Source of the DNA: an uncultured Edaphobacter sp.
GTDB taxonomy: Bacteria > Acidobacteriota > Terriglobia > Terriglobales > Acidobacteriaceae
Reading direction: 5' to 3'
Assembly: GCA_964658525.1 (NCBI GenBank)
Contig: CAZZZG010000003.1
Location: 21,965-85,964 of the forward strand
Length of the DNA stretch: 64,000 nucleotides
Shown here: piece by piece, positions 9,069 through 19,246 of the stretch
Layout of the letters: each line of letters begins with the position of its first letter
Numbering within the stretch: position 1 is the stretch's first letter
The notes under the pieces: model-generated
The model's input: the letters and a program-made list of their open reading frames with translations, nothing else
Told to the model about the DNA's origin: nothing
Databases searched by the model: none
Translations under genes and position numbers: made by a program

Positions 9069-9941
9069 ATGAGCTCAACACCGCAAATCTCCGAGCCTCA
9101 CAAGAATCCATTATCCCCCGATATGGATGAATGGGAGGAGTTCCTTGAAGGACGATATAAGGAAGGTAAGTCTGAGACGGAGTTTCGCCAATATGACGCA
9201 GAAGCCGACCCCGGGGTCGCCGAATTCTACCGCCTAAACCACACCTACCAAACTCACGCTTACGCGTTGGACAAAGAACATCAATATTTTCGGCTCATGC
9301 GTGGCGAAAAGAGCATTTGGGAAGCAGCCGAATTCCTAAACACTTTGGTCGATGACAGCGACCCCGACACCGATTTGACGCAACTCGAACATCTGCTCCA
9401 AACCTCAGAGGCGATTCGGAAAGATGGTCATCCGCGCTGGATGGTGGCAACAGGATTCGTGCATGATCTCGGCAAATGTCTTTGCCTCTATGGCGAACCC
9501 CAGTGGGGAGTGGTCGGGGATACCTTCCCAACAGGCTGTGCTTATTCTGACGCAGTCGTTTTTCCAGAATATTTCCACGCCAACCCCGACTCTCAAAACC
9601 CGCATTACCAGACAAAATTGGGCATCTACGAAGAAAACTGTGGCTTAGATAAAGTGACGATGTCCTTCGGACACGATGGCTACATTTATCAGGTCATGAA
9701 AAATTACCTTCCGTTGGAGAGCCTGTACATGCTGCGCTATCACTCGTTCTACGCTTGGCATCGGCACGGCGCCTACGACTATCTCTGCAACGACCAAGAC
9801 CGCGCGATGCTGCCCTGGGTTCTGAAATTCAATCCGTATGATCTCTATTCCAAGGGTCATACTAAGCCGGACTTCAATCAACTCAAGCCGTATTACGATG
9901 ACTTATTTGCAGAATTCTTTCCAGATAAAGTTGCTTGGTAA
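9069..9941 (+). CDS. myo-inositol oxygenase (MIOX family, HD-domain di-iron)
   Basis: FYRLNHTYQTHAYALDKEHQYF, HDLGK, FGHDGYIYQV and YMLRYHSFYAWH are MIOX hallmarks. AAAGGAG sits 7 nt upstream of ATG 9069, so the track start at 9042 is probably too far upstream. Confidence 0.85.
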   Translation: MSSTPQISEPHKNPLSPDMDEWEEFLEGRYKEGKSETEFRQYDAEADPGVAEFYRLNHTYQTHAYALDKEHQYFRLMRGEKSIWEAAEFLNTLVDDSDPDTDLTQLEHLLQTSEAIRKDGHPRWMVATGFVHDLGKCLCLYGEPQWGVVGDTFPTGCAYSDAVVFPEYFHANPDSQNPHYQTKLGIYEENCGLDKVTMSFGHDGYIYQVMKNYLPLESLYMLRYHSFYAWHRHGAYDYLCNDQDRAMLPWVLKFNPYDLYSKGHTKPDFNQLKPYYDDLFAEFFPDKVAW

Positions 9942-10232
9942 ATTGCGGTTTAAGGAGAGAAACCGGCTGATGATGTCCAAGTCAACGGCATGCTTTCCAT
10001 TGGTGAAAAACCCGCCGACAATGGAGTTCTGACTCTCACTTAACCTCGCCGATGTCGATGACTCCAAGAAACTGAGTCTCGGCATTTCCACGCGTTTACT
10101 CGAAGCTATCGTGAATGCCTGCCCTGAACATTCCCGCATTCACTCGCTCCCCCACTTCCGCGCTACTGGAGCCCCTGGTCTTGTGTCTAAGATTCATTGT
10201 CCGATGTTTCTGAAGGTGAGATAAGGCTTTTA

Positions 10233-10655
10233 ATGAAATCCATGGTTAACGCAATCAATCATGTGACGCTGGCGGTTCAGGATTTGGATCGCTCATTCAA
10301 CTTCTACACAGGCCACCTTGGACTCCGTCCGGTAGCCCGCTGGTACAAAGGCGCGTACCTGGTAGCCGGAAGCGATTGGATTTGCCTAAGCCTCGATCCC
10401 GCTGTTCGCAATGCGCCATTGCCCGAATATACGCATTTAGCTTTCAATATTCCTGCGGAGGAATTTGGAGACGCGGTCGCTAGGCTGCGAGATGCCGGGG
10501 TGACCCCATGGCAGAAGAATCGAAGTCCTGGAGATTCGTTCTATTTCCTTGACCCAGATGGACACAAGCTTGAGATCCATTCTTCCGATCTGGAGGCTCG
10601 GCTGGAGAGCCTCAGACGTGAACCTCCTCGAGAGCTTGTCTTGTTTGCGGAGTGA
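10233..10655 (+). CDS. fosA: FosA-like fosfomycin-resistance glutathione transferase (VOC/glyoxalase fold)
   Basis: The protein aligns along its whole length to FosA. Matches are INHVTLAV vs [17 protein letters not shown] vs [17 protein letters not shown] vs [29 protein letters not shown] vs [21 protein letters not shown], and ARLESLR vs ARLAACR. The metal ligands His/His/Glu are retained. Confidence 0.8.
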   Translation: [140 protein letters not shown]

Positions 10656-10741
10656 TGGGTTTGTATGAAGCCCCGACAGCGCAGTCGAATACGGGAATTG
10701 TGGCTAAGAATAGAAATGGCAGGACAAAGGAAATTGGTTCT

Positions 10742-11356
10742 TCACGACCTCGCAGATTCCTTCCTCTCAACGCTCATATGAGTTCCATGTGTCAATCCGG
10801 TTCGAACGCCTATGCCAGAGGCGAAGGCTTCCAGCAGATCGAGGCCTTCCCGCCAATCTTCGTTGCCTGGTTCCGTCGAGATATGGCCGCGAGCACCGAC
10901 GCAGACAAACCCCGCGCCCCATTTATCGGCCATCTCCTTTGCGACCTCGGTCGGGCAATAAGGATCGTTTGAACTTGCCACGACTAGGAGGGGACAAGGA
11001 ATTAGAAAGCTCGGAACATTAGTGAACGACCGCGATGGAAAGCCATCCCTTTTAAAGTTTGGCGGAGCAACTAGAAATGCGCCTCTGATCGGCCTATCAG
11101 ATTGGTGCTTCGCTGCCCAACACACGCTCAATAGACATCCCATGCTGTGGGCCACGAGAAGTGGCGGATCGGCACAGGCTCCCACCGCACACTCGAGAGC
11201 TAACATCCAATCGTCGAGTTCCGGATTGCTCCAGTCTGAGGGTTGCAATCGCAATGCACCGGGGGATCGTGCCTGCCATAACGTTTGCCAGTGTTCAGGT
11301 CCAGAACCATTGCGACCCGGCAAGAACAGAAGAGGAGAACTTACCATAAAGCTCAT
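10742..11356 (-). CDS. Serine hydrolase, RBBP9/YdeN-like alpha/beta fold
   Basis: LFLPGRNGSGPEHWQTLW near the N-terminus and the nucleophile elbow VAHSMGC fit this family, at about 200 aa. Confidence 0.65.
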   Translation of the reverse strand: MSFMVSSPLLFLPGRNGSGPEHWQTLWQARSPGALRLQPSDWSNPELDDWMLALECAVGACADPPLLVAHSMGCLLSVCWAAKHQSDRPIRGAFLVAPPNFKRDGFPSRSFTNVPSFLIPCPLLVVASSNDPYCPTEVAKEMADKWGAGFVCVGARGHISTEPGNEDWREGLDLLEAFASGIGVRTGLTHGTHMSVERKESARS

Positions 11357-11417
11357 TCTAAGACACCGGAATTTTCAAGATCACGCAATTGCTGTTGATC
11401 GGCAAAGTTCGAAGCAG

Positions 11418-11492
11418 GTAGGGATCGACCTGGGCAAGACGACATTTCACCTTGCTGCGCTGGGAACATCGGGCAAGGTGGTCTTTGCCAAA
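11418..11492 (+). mobile_element. Short remnant of an IS110-family transposase N-terminus
   Basis: VGIDLGKTTFHLAALGTSGKVV matches the DEDD transposase N-terminal motif (VGIDLgKttfhl.al...GKVV). There is no start codon and no downstream transposase sequence. Confidence 0.4.
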
Positions 11493-11594
11493 CCAAGCGG
11501 TGTTGTAGCCTTTCTGTCTGAGGAGTTCGCCTATGCCCGCCGTGTGTTTTCCAAGGAGGGAGTCGTAGCAAAGGTAGCCGGTCGCCATCTCCAT
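11478..11594 (-). pseudogene. Arylsulfatase fragment
   Basis: MEMATGYLCYDSLLGKHTAGIGELLRQKGYNTAWFGKDH matches the sulfatase segment ending in aGYaTa.FGKWH. The catalytic CxPxR region and the C-terminal half are absent. It abuts the IS110 remnant. Confidence 0.5.
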
Positions 11595-11943
11595 AATTTG
11601 GCCCGTGTGATCTGTTGACGTTGCTTTTCCTGTTCATGTCTCATAGCGGCGTAATCGTCCGGAACTGTCGTTGATTCATCGGCATTGGTGATCTTGTTTT
11701 GCAGCGCGTCGATCTCCCGTTCGGAAGAATGAATCTGGTCCAACGATCAGTGTGGCTTGGGATCGGCCATCACCTTTGGCTACTCCTAGTCTCAGCCCAA
11801 CCCCGCTTGCCAAGGCTGACTCTTGGCGTCGTCATTCTGGCCGCCGCTCTGACCACACTCGAAGCCCCTGGTCATAATCTTGCAGTGAAGTCTGTGAGCC
11901 TGTAGACTATGCGCGCCTTCCCAAGACGACTCGGAGGACTCCA

Positions 11944-12477
11944 ATGCGCTTGAAGTCTTTGTTCTTAGCTTCTGCCTTACTCATCCTGCCGCTTCCAGCT
12001 ATTGCGGAGACGGTTTGGACATACACTGGGAACAACTTCACATCAATCGACGGACCAAGTTACTCTACTTCAGGCAAAATCTCTGGGTCACTAGACCTCG
12101 CAACACCACTTGATAGTAACTTATACGTCGATCCAGTCACCCCCGTCTCCTTCAGCTTTAGCGATGGTTCTGATTTGTTTTCCGACGTGAACTCGACTGC
12201 CTTCTTTGGATTCTCGACCGATGCATCGGGCAAAATCATAGGATGGGATATTGCCATCTATGATTCGGCGCTCGTTATCTTTACGGAGAACGTGGGGCAG
12301 TACGTCTTCGATAGCGCCTATAACATAACGACGGGTTCAGATGCATTCAATTTCAATGAGCCTGGTTTGTGGGCCGTCTCCAACACGTCACCCGTACCAG
12401 AACCCTCCAGCTTTGCGCTTCTTGCGACGGGAGTTCTCGGGGCGGTTGGCATACTGCGGCGAAGCCTGTTCGTGTAG
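11944..12477 (+). CDS. PEP-CTERM sorting-signal protein
   Basis: Signal peptide, then a C-terminal VPEPSSFALLATGVLGAVGILRRSLFV (PEP motif, TM helix, basic tail). Confidence 0.85.
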   Translation: MRLKSLFLASALLILPLPAIAETVWTYTGNNFTSIDGPSYSTSGKISGSLDLATPLDSNLYVDPVTPVSFSFSDGSDLFSDVNSTAFFGFSTDASGKIIGWDIAIYDSALVIFTENVGQYVFDSAYNITTGSDAFNFNEPGLWAVSNTSPVPEPSSFALLATGVLGAVGILRRSLFV

Positions 12478-12826
12478 TTCGGCGCAGGCAAGAGAGAAGG
12501 CACGGCCCACCCGAAGTTTACCTTTGCTATGTTTCGCTGTAATGTGGGCCGATTGCTGCTCCTGAACGTAGCCCAACGCCATTGCGACCCAGGAGCCTTG
12601 GTGCCGTCCATTCATCCATCATCGTGTTCGATGCTTGAAGAAAAGAAGAGCATCACTCTGCTCAATATGCTGCCTCGTCTCCGCGCTTCTTCAGCCTCAA
12701 GCTCCTTCATTCGCTTGTTGAACTGGCGCATCTCTTTTGCGTAGGCGCTATTTTGCGGAACCATACGTTGAGAAAGAGAGCGCAGTGAACGCTTAAGGAA
12801 GTCACTTATTTAGGGTTGGTGAATAC

Positions 12827-13321
12827 ATGATTCGATATGCGACGACGGATGATTCGGGACAGATCTGCAATATTTACAATCACTACATTTTAAAAACGCA
12901 GATCACATTTGAAGAGCAACCGGTCTCACCCGAGGACATGGTGCAACGTATACAGGAAACTCTACAGAGTCTGCCTTGGCTTGTTTGGGAAGAGGAACAG
13001 CAGCTGCTGGGGTACGCTTATGCAAGCAAGTGGAAAGGCCGGTGTGCCTATCGTTACTCCGTCGAGTCCACGATCTATGTGCATCCCGATTCGGTTGGAA
13101 AGCGAATCGGCTCTCAACTCTACAGTGCGCTGCTGACCGACCTTCGTCAGGGACAGTTCCATACAGTCATCGGTGGTATCGCACTTCCGAACGAAACCAG
13201 CGTAGCGCTACACGAGAAGTTTGGATTCGAGAAAATTGCTCATTTCAGGGAGGTTGGTAAGAAATTCGACCGCTGGATAGACGTTGGGTACTGGCAGCTA
13301 CTTCTAGAACGTCACGGCTAA
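12827..13321 (+). CDS. GNAT N-acetyltransferase, phosphinothricin acetyltransferase (PAT/Bar)-like
   Basis: IRYATTDDSGQICNIYNHYILKTQITFEE...YRYSVESTIYVHPDSVGKRIGSQLY...HEKFGFEKIAHFREVGKKFDRWIDV follows the PAT-family pattern. Confidence 0.75.
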   Translation: MIRYATTDDSGQICNIYNHYILKTQITFEEQPVSPEDMVQRIQETLQSLPWLVWEEEQQLLGYAYASKWKGRCAYRYSVESTIYVHPDSVGKRIGSQLYSALLTDLRQGQFHTVIGGIALPNETSVALHEKFGFEKIAHFREVGKKFDRWIDVGYWQLLLERHG

Positions 13322-13697
13322 ATGCTTACTTTCTCGCTCCTGAGATCAGCCACCTTGGAGCAAATCGGACAGTTCTTTTACCTAGTCACGAACCCCGTTG
13401 ATGCTCGCGAGTACGTCATCGACGGCTTTTTGCCGGGCGATTCCAGTAGAAAAATGACGCCGTCGAATTTGCAGCGATCATCGATCGCGACTTCGCAAAA
13501 GAGGGGGTTTTTCATGGCGATCAGCCTATCACTTCAGCTTAGCGTATCGCGCCTCCTGTGCGCTCGGCTGTGGACCTTATTATTGCGGGGGATTTTTGGG
13601 GGACTTTGCATCTAGCGGCATCCTTCCGGTGCCCGATGACGAATGGGCGCACGGCTCAGGTCAAACGGAATCGCGCTATAGAGTTTGTTTGCTCAAC

Positions 13698-13916
13698 CTA
13701 GCTGGGTGCGGCCGCTTCACGGGTTCTTCGGCGATCCTGTTCGGACCGCTCACGAAACATGACCCCTTTCTCGACCAACCTGGCCAGGCGTGTCGCCGTA
13801 CTCAGGGGAACTCCAACGCCCTTGGCAAAGTCGGTCATGAGGCACCCCTCTCTCTGACCGAGCCAAATCAAGACGAAAGGTCCGATCGAGGATTCTCGCA
13901 CCCCGGGTCTTGGCAA
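13698..13916 (-). pseudogene. MarR-type winged-helix fragment (72 codons), probably truncated
   Basis: LMTDFAKGVGVPLSTATRLARLVEKGVMFRERSEQDRR matches the MarR HTH and wing. The dimerisation helices on both sides are missing. Confidence 0.4.
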
Positions 13917-14169
13917 CTCGTTTATCTTAGCGAATTTAAAGAGGACCAGATGACTCTAAAATGACGCCATCGTGCTCTATGGAGGCCTATTTGCGTTCAC
14001 GACCCGAATCCAATACTCCGTCGTTCCCCATGAGTTGCTCGAAATGGCAGGGAAAGGGACAGATCGAACTCAAATCGTGGAATAGCTTTGCGCAGTACAC
14101 GCTTCTCGGGCCCATGCTTCGGAGATAAATCGCTGCGCCGGCCAGCATCCCAAGAGAAGGTGCCGCAAA

Positions 14170-14862
14170 TTAGATCCAGATCCCCTTCCACACCCAGGCA
14201 AAGAATGCTGAGGAAAAGCTACGCGCCGGATTAACGCTGAAACCCGAGATCGATGAGCAGAGCACATAATAAAAAACCGTGATGAGTGCCACGAGAAGTG
14301 GACTGAACCTCGTCAGTTTGCGGCGGTTCGTTGCAAAAAGTATTACGCACATCACTGCCGCGGACAGAAGAAACTCTGCCAGAAACGCAACGGCGCTTCC
14401 GTGGTCCCCCGGAAGCGTAACGACATAGCGCACTGGTGGAGCGGCCAGATGTTTACCCAACATCCCGTACGCAAGCGATACGCCCACCAGGCCGCCTACG
14501 AACTGGGCAATCACATAACTCACCGCGTCCCACCGGTGGATTCGGTCAAGCCATAGATAGGCAAGCGTAATGGCAGGATTCAAGTGGGCACCGGAACGGC
14601 GGCCGAATCGCGACCGAATGATTAGATAGGTCGATGCGGCGACCATGCCACCCATCAAAAACGACTTCGCCGTGAGTGAAAGCGAGAGGTGCCGCAAAGG
14701 CGACCCTTCACTATAGACAAGCGCGCCTGCAAAGCAGATGCACATCAACAGCAGGCCAACTTCAGCCGTCTCCATCAAATACTCACGCCAATGTGTTCTG
14801 ACCGCCTCAGGATAGGAGGCGGATCGCGGAAGAGCAGTGATCAGGTAGGAGCGGGAAGACAT
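14170..14862 (-). CDS. MIP-family channel (aquaporin/glycerol facilitator)
   Basis: Two NPA boxes are present (GAHLNPAITLA and GFSVNPARSF), with six predicted TM segments. Confidence 0.85.
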   Translation of the reverse strand: MSSRSYLITALPRSASYPEAVRTHWREYLMETAEVGLLLMCICFAGALVYSEGSPLRHLSLSLTAKSFLMGGMVAASTYLIIRSRFGRRSGAHLNPAITLAYLWLDRIHRWDAVSYVIAQFVGGLVGVSLAYGMLGKHLAAPPVRYVVTLPGDHGSAVAFLAEFLLSAAVMCVILFATNRRKLTRFSPLLVALITVFYYVLCSSISGFSVNPARSFSSAFFAWVWKGIWI

Positions 14863-15068
14863 GCGGGACCTGGAGAAGCACCTTGGAGTGTTACGTCGAA
14901 GTTAGATGCTGGCGGAGAATTTTTGGTAACTACGCATGATTTAAATCCCATTCAAACAGAGAATAAATAATTGGTCGATTTCGAGAGCACTTTGTCTGTA
15001 ATTTCTTGCCCTTGCCAGCGTCTCAGTCTCAGCAACAATCAACAAAATTCCGTCACCAAAGGAGTCGC

Positions 15069-16143
15069 CATGTCTCACCACTTTGACACCAAGCTCGCGA
15101 AAGAAGACCCAAGTCTCAACGTCTGTGATTTTTATTTATTTGAAGGCGCTCCCGGGACGACCGTGATGGCCATGACCGTTAATCCAGATTTGGGTCTGTC
15201 GGCTCCGGACGTCCTTCATCCCGAAGGCCTCTATGCATTCCGATTCGACCTAAACGGCGACGCGCGTGAAGAAGTCACCTTCAAATTTCGCTTCGGCGAA
15301 CCGCATCATGCGGATAGTGACGAGCACACACATATCCAGAGCTTTCAGGTGCGAATGGGAACGGGCGAGGACGCTCTTCGTGGGGCCGCAGGCGATCTGC
15401 TCTTGGAGGGTGAAACTGGTAAGGTCGAGACCAAGTCTGGCGTGCGTTCCTATGTCGGCATCGCACCGGAACTCTTCGCGGGCGACGCCGTTGCGCTCCA
15501 CAACTTCATGACGGCTTTTTACAATGAACACAGGTTCGACGGCGAGGCGTTTCTGCATCGGCAAAACTTCTTCGCCAAACGAAATTTGACGGCCATCGTT
15601 CTGGAGGTGCCCAGCAAAATGATCGGACAAGGAAAAGTCCGGGCTTGGGCAACCGTCTCACTTTATGGCCATGCACCCGAGGTGCAGGTGTCGCGTTGGG
15701 GCTTGCCTCTCATCACACACATCTTCTTCAACGATCCGAACTCTCAGCAGGTGAAAGAGGAATTCAATGCATCTGTGCCCTCTGAAGATGTAAGTAGGTT
15801 CTCGAAGACGATCGCGGATTTTTCAGAGAAGATGGCGGCCTACGCGGGGTCCGCCACAGATCCTGCGGAATACGGCAAACAGATCGCCGGTCGATTGTGT
15901 CCGGTCACATTGCCATATGAGCTTGGAACGGCGGCAACATTTGACGTTGCCGGTTTCAATGGCCGGCCGCTCGCAGACGATGCAATGGACGTCATATTGA
16001 CGCTCGCAGCCAATAAGCCGCTCGCCGACGGAGTCGCACCGGACCAGAGTCGCATTCGCAACGTGTTTCCCTATTACGGAGATCCGTACACCAAAGACGA
16101 GCAGGTTGGAGTAACACCCGTCTCACGCCCTGCAAAGAAGTGA
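15069..16143 (+). CDS. DUF4331-like protein of unknown function
   Basis: The N-terminus MSHHFDTKLAKEDPSLNVCDFYLFEG and the later NLTAIVLEVPSKMIG resemble the DUF4331 pattern as I recall it. AAAGGAG precedes ATG 15069. Confidence 0.6.
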
Positions 16144-16163
16144 AGCGACACAAATGAAGCTCT

Positions 16164-16565
16164 TTATTTTTCGAGGGGGGCTACCGCGTAGCCCTCGATC
16201 TCGATGAGAATGTCTGGCCGCACAAGCCCAGGGACGATGACCAGCATTGACGCGGGACGATTGTCCTTCAGCCATTTACCCCGAATAGGTGGGTAGAGTG
16301 GGAGGTCCTCAGTCCGCACCAGATACTGAGTGATCTTCACAAGATGCTCAAGGCCCATTCCTGCCCGTTCCAGGAGCGCAAATACGTTCTTCCACGCCTG
16401 TTCCGCCTGCCCCTCGAAGGTCTCGGGCAGCTGTCCATCTGAGCTGAGACCAGGGGTTCCGGAGAGAAAAAGGAGCCGCCCAGGACACGCCGACTCAACC
16501 GCGTCGCTGTACTTTCCGATCTGACTCGCGACGCCAATGTCGTGAATCTTATTATTCTTCGCCAT
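16164..16565 (-). CDS. RidA/YjgF/L-PSP family protein
   Basis: 133 aa, with LFLSGTPGL...ERAGMGLEHLVKITQYL...PASMLVIVPGLVRPDILIEIEG typical of the family. Confidence 0.8.
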   Translation of the reverse strand: MAKNNKIHDIGVASQIGKYSDAVESACPGRLLFLSGTPGLSSDGQLPETFEGQAEQAWKNVFALLERAGMGLEHLVKITQYLVRTEDLPLYPPIRGKWLKDNRPASMLVIVPGLVRPDILIEIEGYAVAPLEK

Positions 16566-16882
16566 GCTTTAGGAGGCCATCTCTGATGTAATTCTGTCAA
16601 GATGCCGGACCGGTTTGATGTGTTAGATCAATAAGTACCTTCGGCTAGTCGACCACTGAAGTCGGTCTCGGTTGTTCGGAACAGACCTAGATGCGCAAGT
16701 CTCGCGTTGAGAAGGTCTCAAGGTTACACACGATTTGAGTCTATGGGAATACAGAGAGCGGTGCATCGGCCATCGGCATGAGGCGTCTTCTCCTACTGCT
16801 GTTAGAAACAGAGGAAAGAGTTCTCGTCGTTCAGTATCATGAGGAGAGCCAGTCGGAATCCTGAATTCGAATTGAGATAAAG

Positions 16883-17430
16883 TTGACGAGCAAGAAGGCT
16901 TCTCATGAAGCTACCCCGGATCGAGCGCAATCAAGGCGGAACCGCGGAAAGATAGTCCGTCGTAGTCTTGTTGAAGCAAGTAAGGCCCAGGACGCGGCAC
17001 TCCTTGCTCGAGAACTCCGTACCTCGCAGACCCAGCATGAACTTGCCGTCATCGTCGTCGTTGAGTTCACAGGCGAGCTTCGCACGCGCAAGCAGCTTAC
17101 TGGAGTCGCTCGACTTGCTCGCTCTGCAGCTGCCGTTATCGCCGGAGAGGAAGCCCTATCAGACAATGCAGTTTCTACGGACGACTTCGATTCCAGTCGC
17201 GCAGAGTTCGAGGAGCTTGCTCGATCGGCCGGTGCGACCATTGCTGCTACCCTCGTTCAGCGTCGTCAGAGGCCGGATCCTTCCAGTCTCGTCGGCCAAG
17301 GCAAACTCGACGAAATTGTTGAGGTCGTTGCCAGTACAAACGCTTCACTAGTCCTCTTCGATCACGACCTCACTCCCTCACAGCTTCGCAATATCGAATC
17401 ACGACTAGGCGGCCGATGTACTCGAGTCAA
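16883..17430 (+). pseudogene. hflX: hflX remnant: N-terminal HflX domain only, GTPase domain missing
   Basis: EFEELARSAGATIAATLVQRRQRPDPSSLVGQGKLDEIVEVVASTNASLVLFDHDLTPSQLRNIESRL matches the HflX N-domain. No G1-G4 motifs follow, and the ORF tail (to 17563) runs antisense into def. Confidence 0.6.
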
Positions 17431-17449
17431 ATCAGATGTCTTCCAACTC

Positions 17450-18043
17450 TTAGAGGTCAGGACAGAAGTTTTTGACCAGTTTTGTGGTCGATTCGGATTT
17501 CCAGTGCCGAGTGTAAAGGTCAACGGAAGAGAAGCTGCGGTGCCACATACGGTCTATATATAGAGTCCCCTTCAGGTGATCAATCTCATGTTGCAGAATG
17601 CGCGCATACCAGCCTTCTGCGTCGATCTGTACAGATTCCCCGCTTTCGTTGAGAGCACGAACTCTCACACTTCGTGCCCGAGGCACCATCGCCACATAGC
17701 CGGGCAAACTGAGACAGCCCTCGAAGAAACTTACATCTGGAGGTGATAACAACTCGATCTCAGGATTGATAAGCACATGGAAGGGTACCGGCTTCCGTTC
17801 ACGTTCCGCCAACTCCGCTGCCGTCAGTGTCGCCTGGTATTGCGCCTTGTCCTCGATAATTGCCAATTGTAAGGACTCCCCAACCTGAGGAGCGGCCAAG
17901 CCCACGCCTGGAGCATCGGCGAGAGTCTCTCGCATATGCTCGATCAGTTCGCGAATGCGGTCCGTGCCGATCTCTTCTGGACGAAGCACCCGCGCTGCAT
18001 TGCGCAGGATAGGCTCTCCAACACTAGCTATCTTTATCCTCAT
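17450..18043 (-). CDS. def: Peptide deformylase
   Basis: GVGLAAPQVG, EGCLSLPG and HEIDHLKG motifs are present. The likely start is ATG 18043 (MRIKIASVGEPILR), not the track start at 18097. Confidence 0.9.
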   Translation of the reverse strand: MRIKIASVGEPILRNAARVLRPEEIGTDRIRELIEHMRETLADAPGVGLAAPQVGESLQLAIIEDKAQYQATLTAAELAERERKPVPFHVLINPEIELLSPPDVSFFEGCLSLPGYVAMVPRARSVRVRALNESGESVQIDAEGWYARILQHEIDHLKGTLYIDRMWHRSFSSVDLYTRHWKSESTTKLVKNFCPDL

Positions 18044-18457
18044 CTCACGCCTGGTCTTGATGTTCTCACGTAGCCCGGGGTCAGGTGCAACTTCCACAAG
18101 AGATTGATTCCCTCTGCCGGGGGGAACTCAATTTGAATTCATGTTGTTTCGCATATCTCAGATTGTGGGTGCTGGGACCTATGTCCTCATATTCTTTTGT
18201 TCTTTCCAGGCCACGGAGAGGCTATCGGAGCGGGATGGCTCTTCATTCGGTGGTTACCCCGCGGGAAGTACCTCGCTAATTGAACGCGCTCCCTAACCTA
18301 TGAGCCTCGTATCGTCGCTCCATTCGGACACTTTATGGACCCACTAACTTTAGCGCCAATCCTTTGCGTTAGGTAATTCCTGCTAATCTCCGCACACTGT
18401 TTCGGCGTTTTTCCTTGATTCGGGACCTTATCCAGCTCGACGACCGCCACCCTCTGA

Positions 18458-19246
18458 AGCCTATCTTCAGGTCAAGGTCAAACTCCGCATGGCGGACCTG
18501 CCTTCCAGGCGAACTACACCTGGTCGAAGTTGATTGATGATGCCACTAGCGTAGGCGGGGCTTCTGCCACCAGCACCGTGGGAGCAATTGCGCAGGCAGC
18601 GCCACAGAATCCTTTCGATACTCATCCGGAACGCGGCCCGTCAGTGTTTGACATCACGAATTCTTTTTCGTTGAGTCTCACTCAGTCTCTTCCTCTTTAC
18701 ACGATCCACCCGTTTGATCGTGTGACCGGTAAACTTACTCGCGGCTGGCAATTGATCAGCATCTCGTCGGTGTCTGGCGGTACTCCTTTCACAATCTATT
18801 CGGGAATACAGCAAACAGGCGTAGGGTCCGCAAACGCGGACCGGCCCGATCAAATCGCGAAGCCATCGCGATCTACTGCGAGGCTGAAGAGAGAGGACTA
18901 CTTCGGGCGCGGATGCAACAACGCTTCTTTTTTTTCGATACCAACTAACGTTCCGGGAGGAACAGGCCCCAATGCTGGTCGATTTGGCACTCTCGGACGG
19001 AATACGTTCCGCGGACCGGCCTATTACGACTACGATCTTTCTCTCGTGAAGGACACTCCTATCGGGAAACGAGGTTCCGGAGCTGACCTGACGAGCTTGC
19101 AGTTCAGGGCTGAGTTTTTTAATCTGCTCAACATCGTGAACATGGGGCTTCCGTCGAACACCATCTTTGGATCGGGCTTTGGCCAGATCAATCGAACGAA
19201 TGGCAACTCTCGTCAGATTCAGTTTTCCTTGAAACTCGAATACTAA
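18458..19246 (+). pseudogene. C-terminal ~260 codons of a TonB-dependent receptor
   Basis: FQANYTWSKLIDD...LQFRAEFFNLLNIVNMGLP...NSRQIQFSLKLEY is a typical terminal beta-barrel end. The frame opens just after a stop at 18455-18457 with no plug or N-terminal domains. Full-length relatives are over 1000 aa. Confidence 0.65.

Noticed and set aside
12612-12764. Unlisted 50-aa minus-strand ORF (MVPQNSAYAKEMRQFNKRMKELEAEEARRRG...)
   Set aside because: It has a plausible helical peptide but no RBS and no motif, and it is too short to support.
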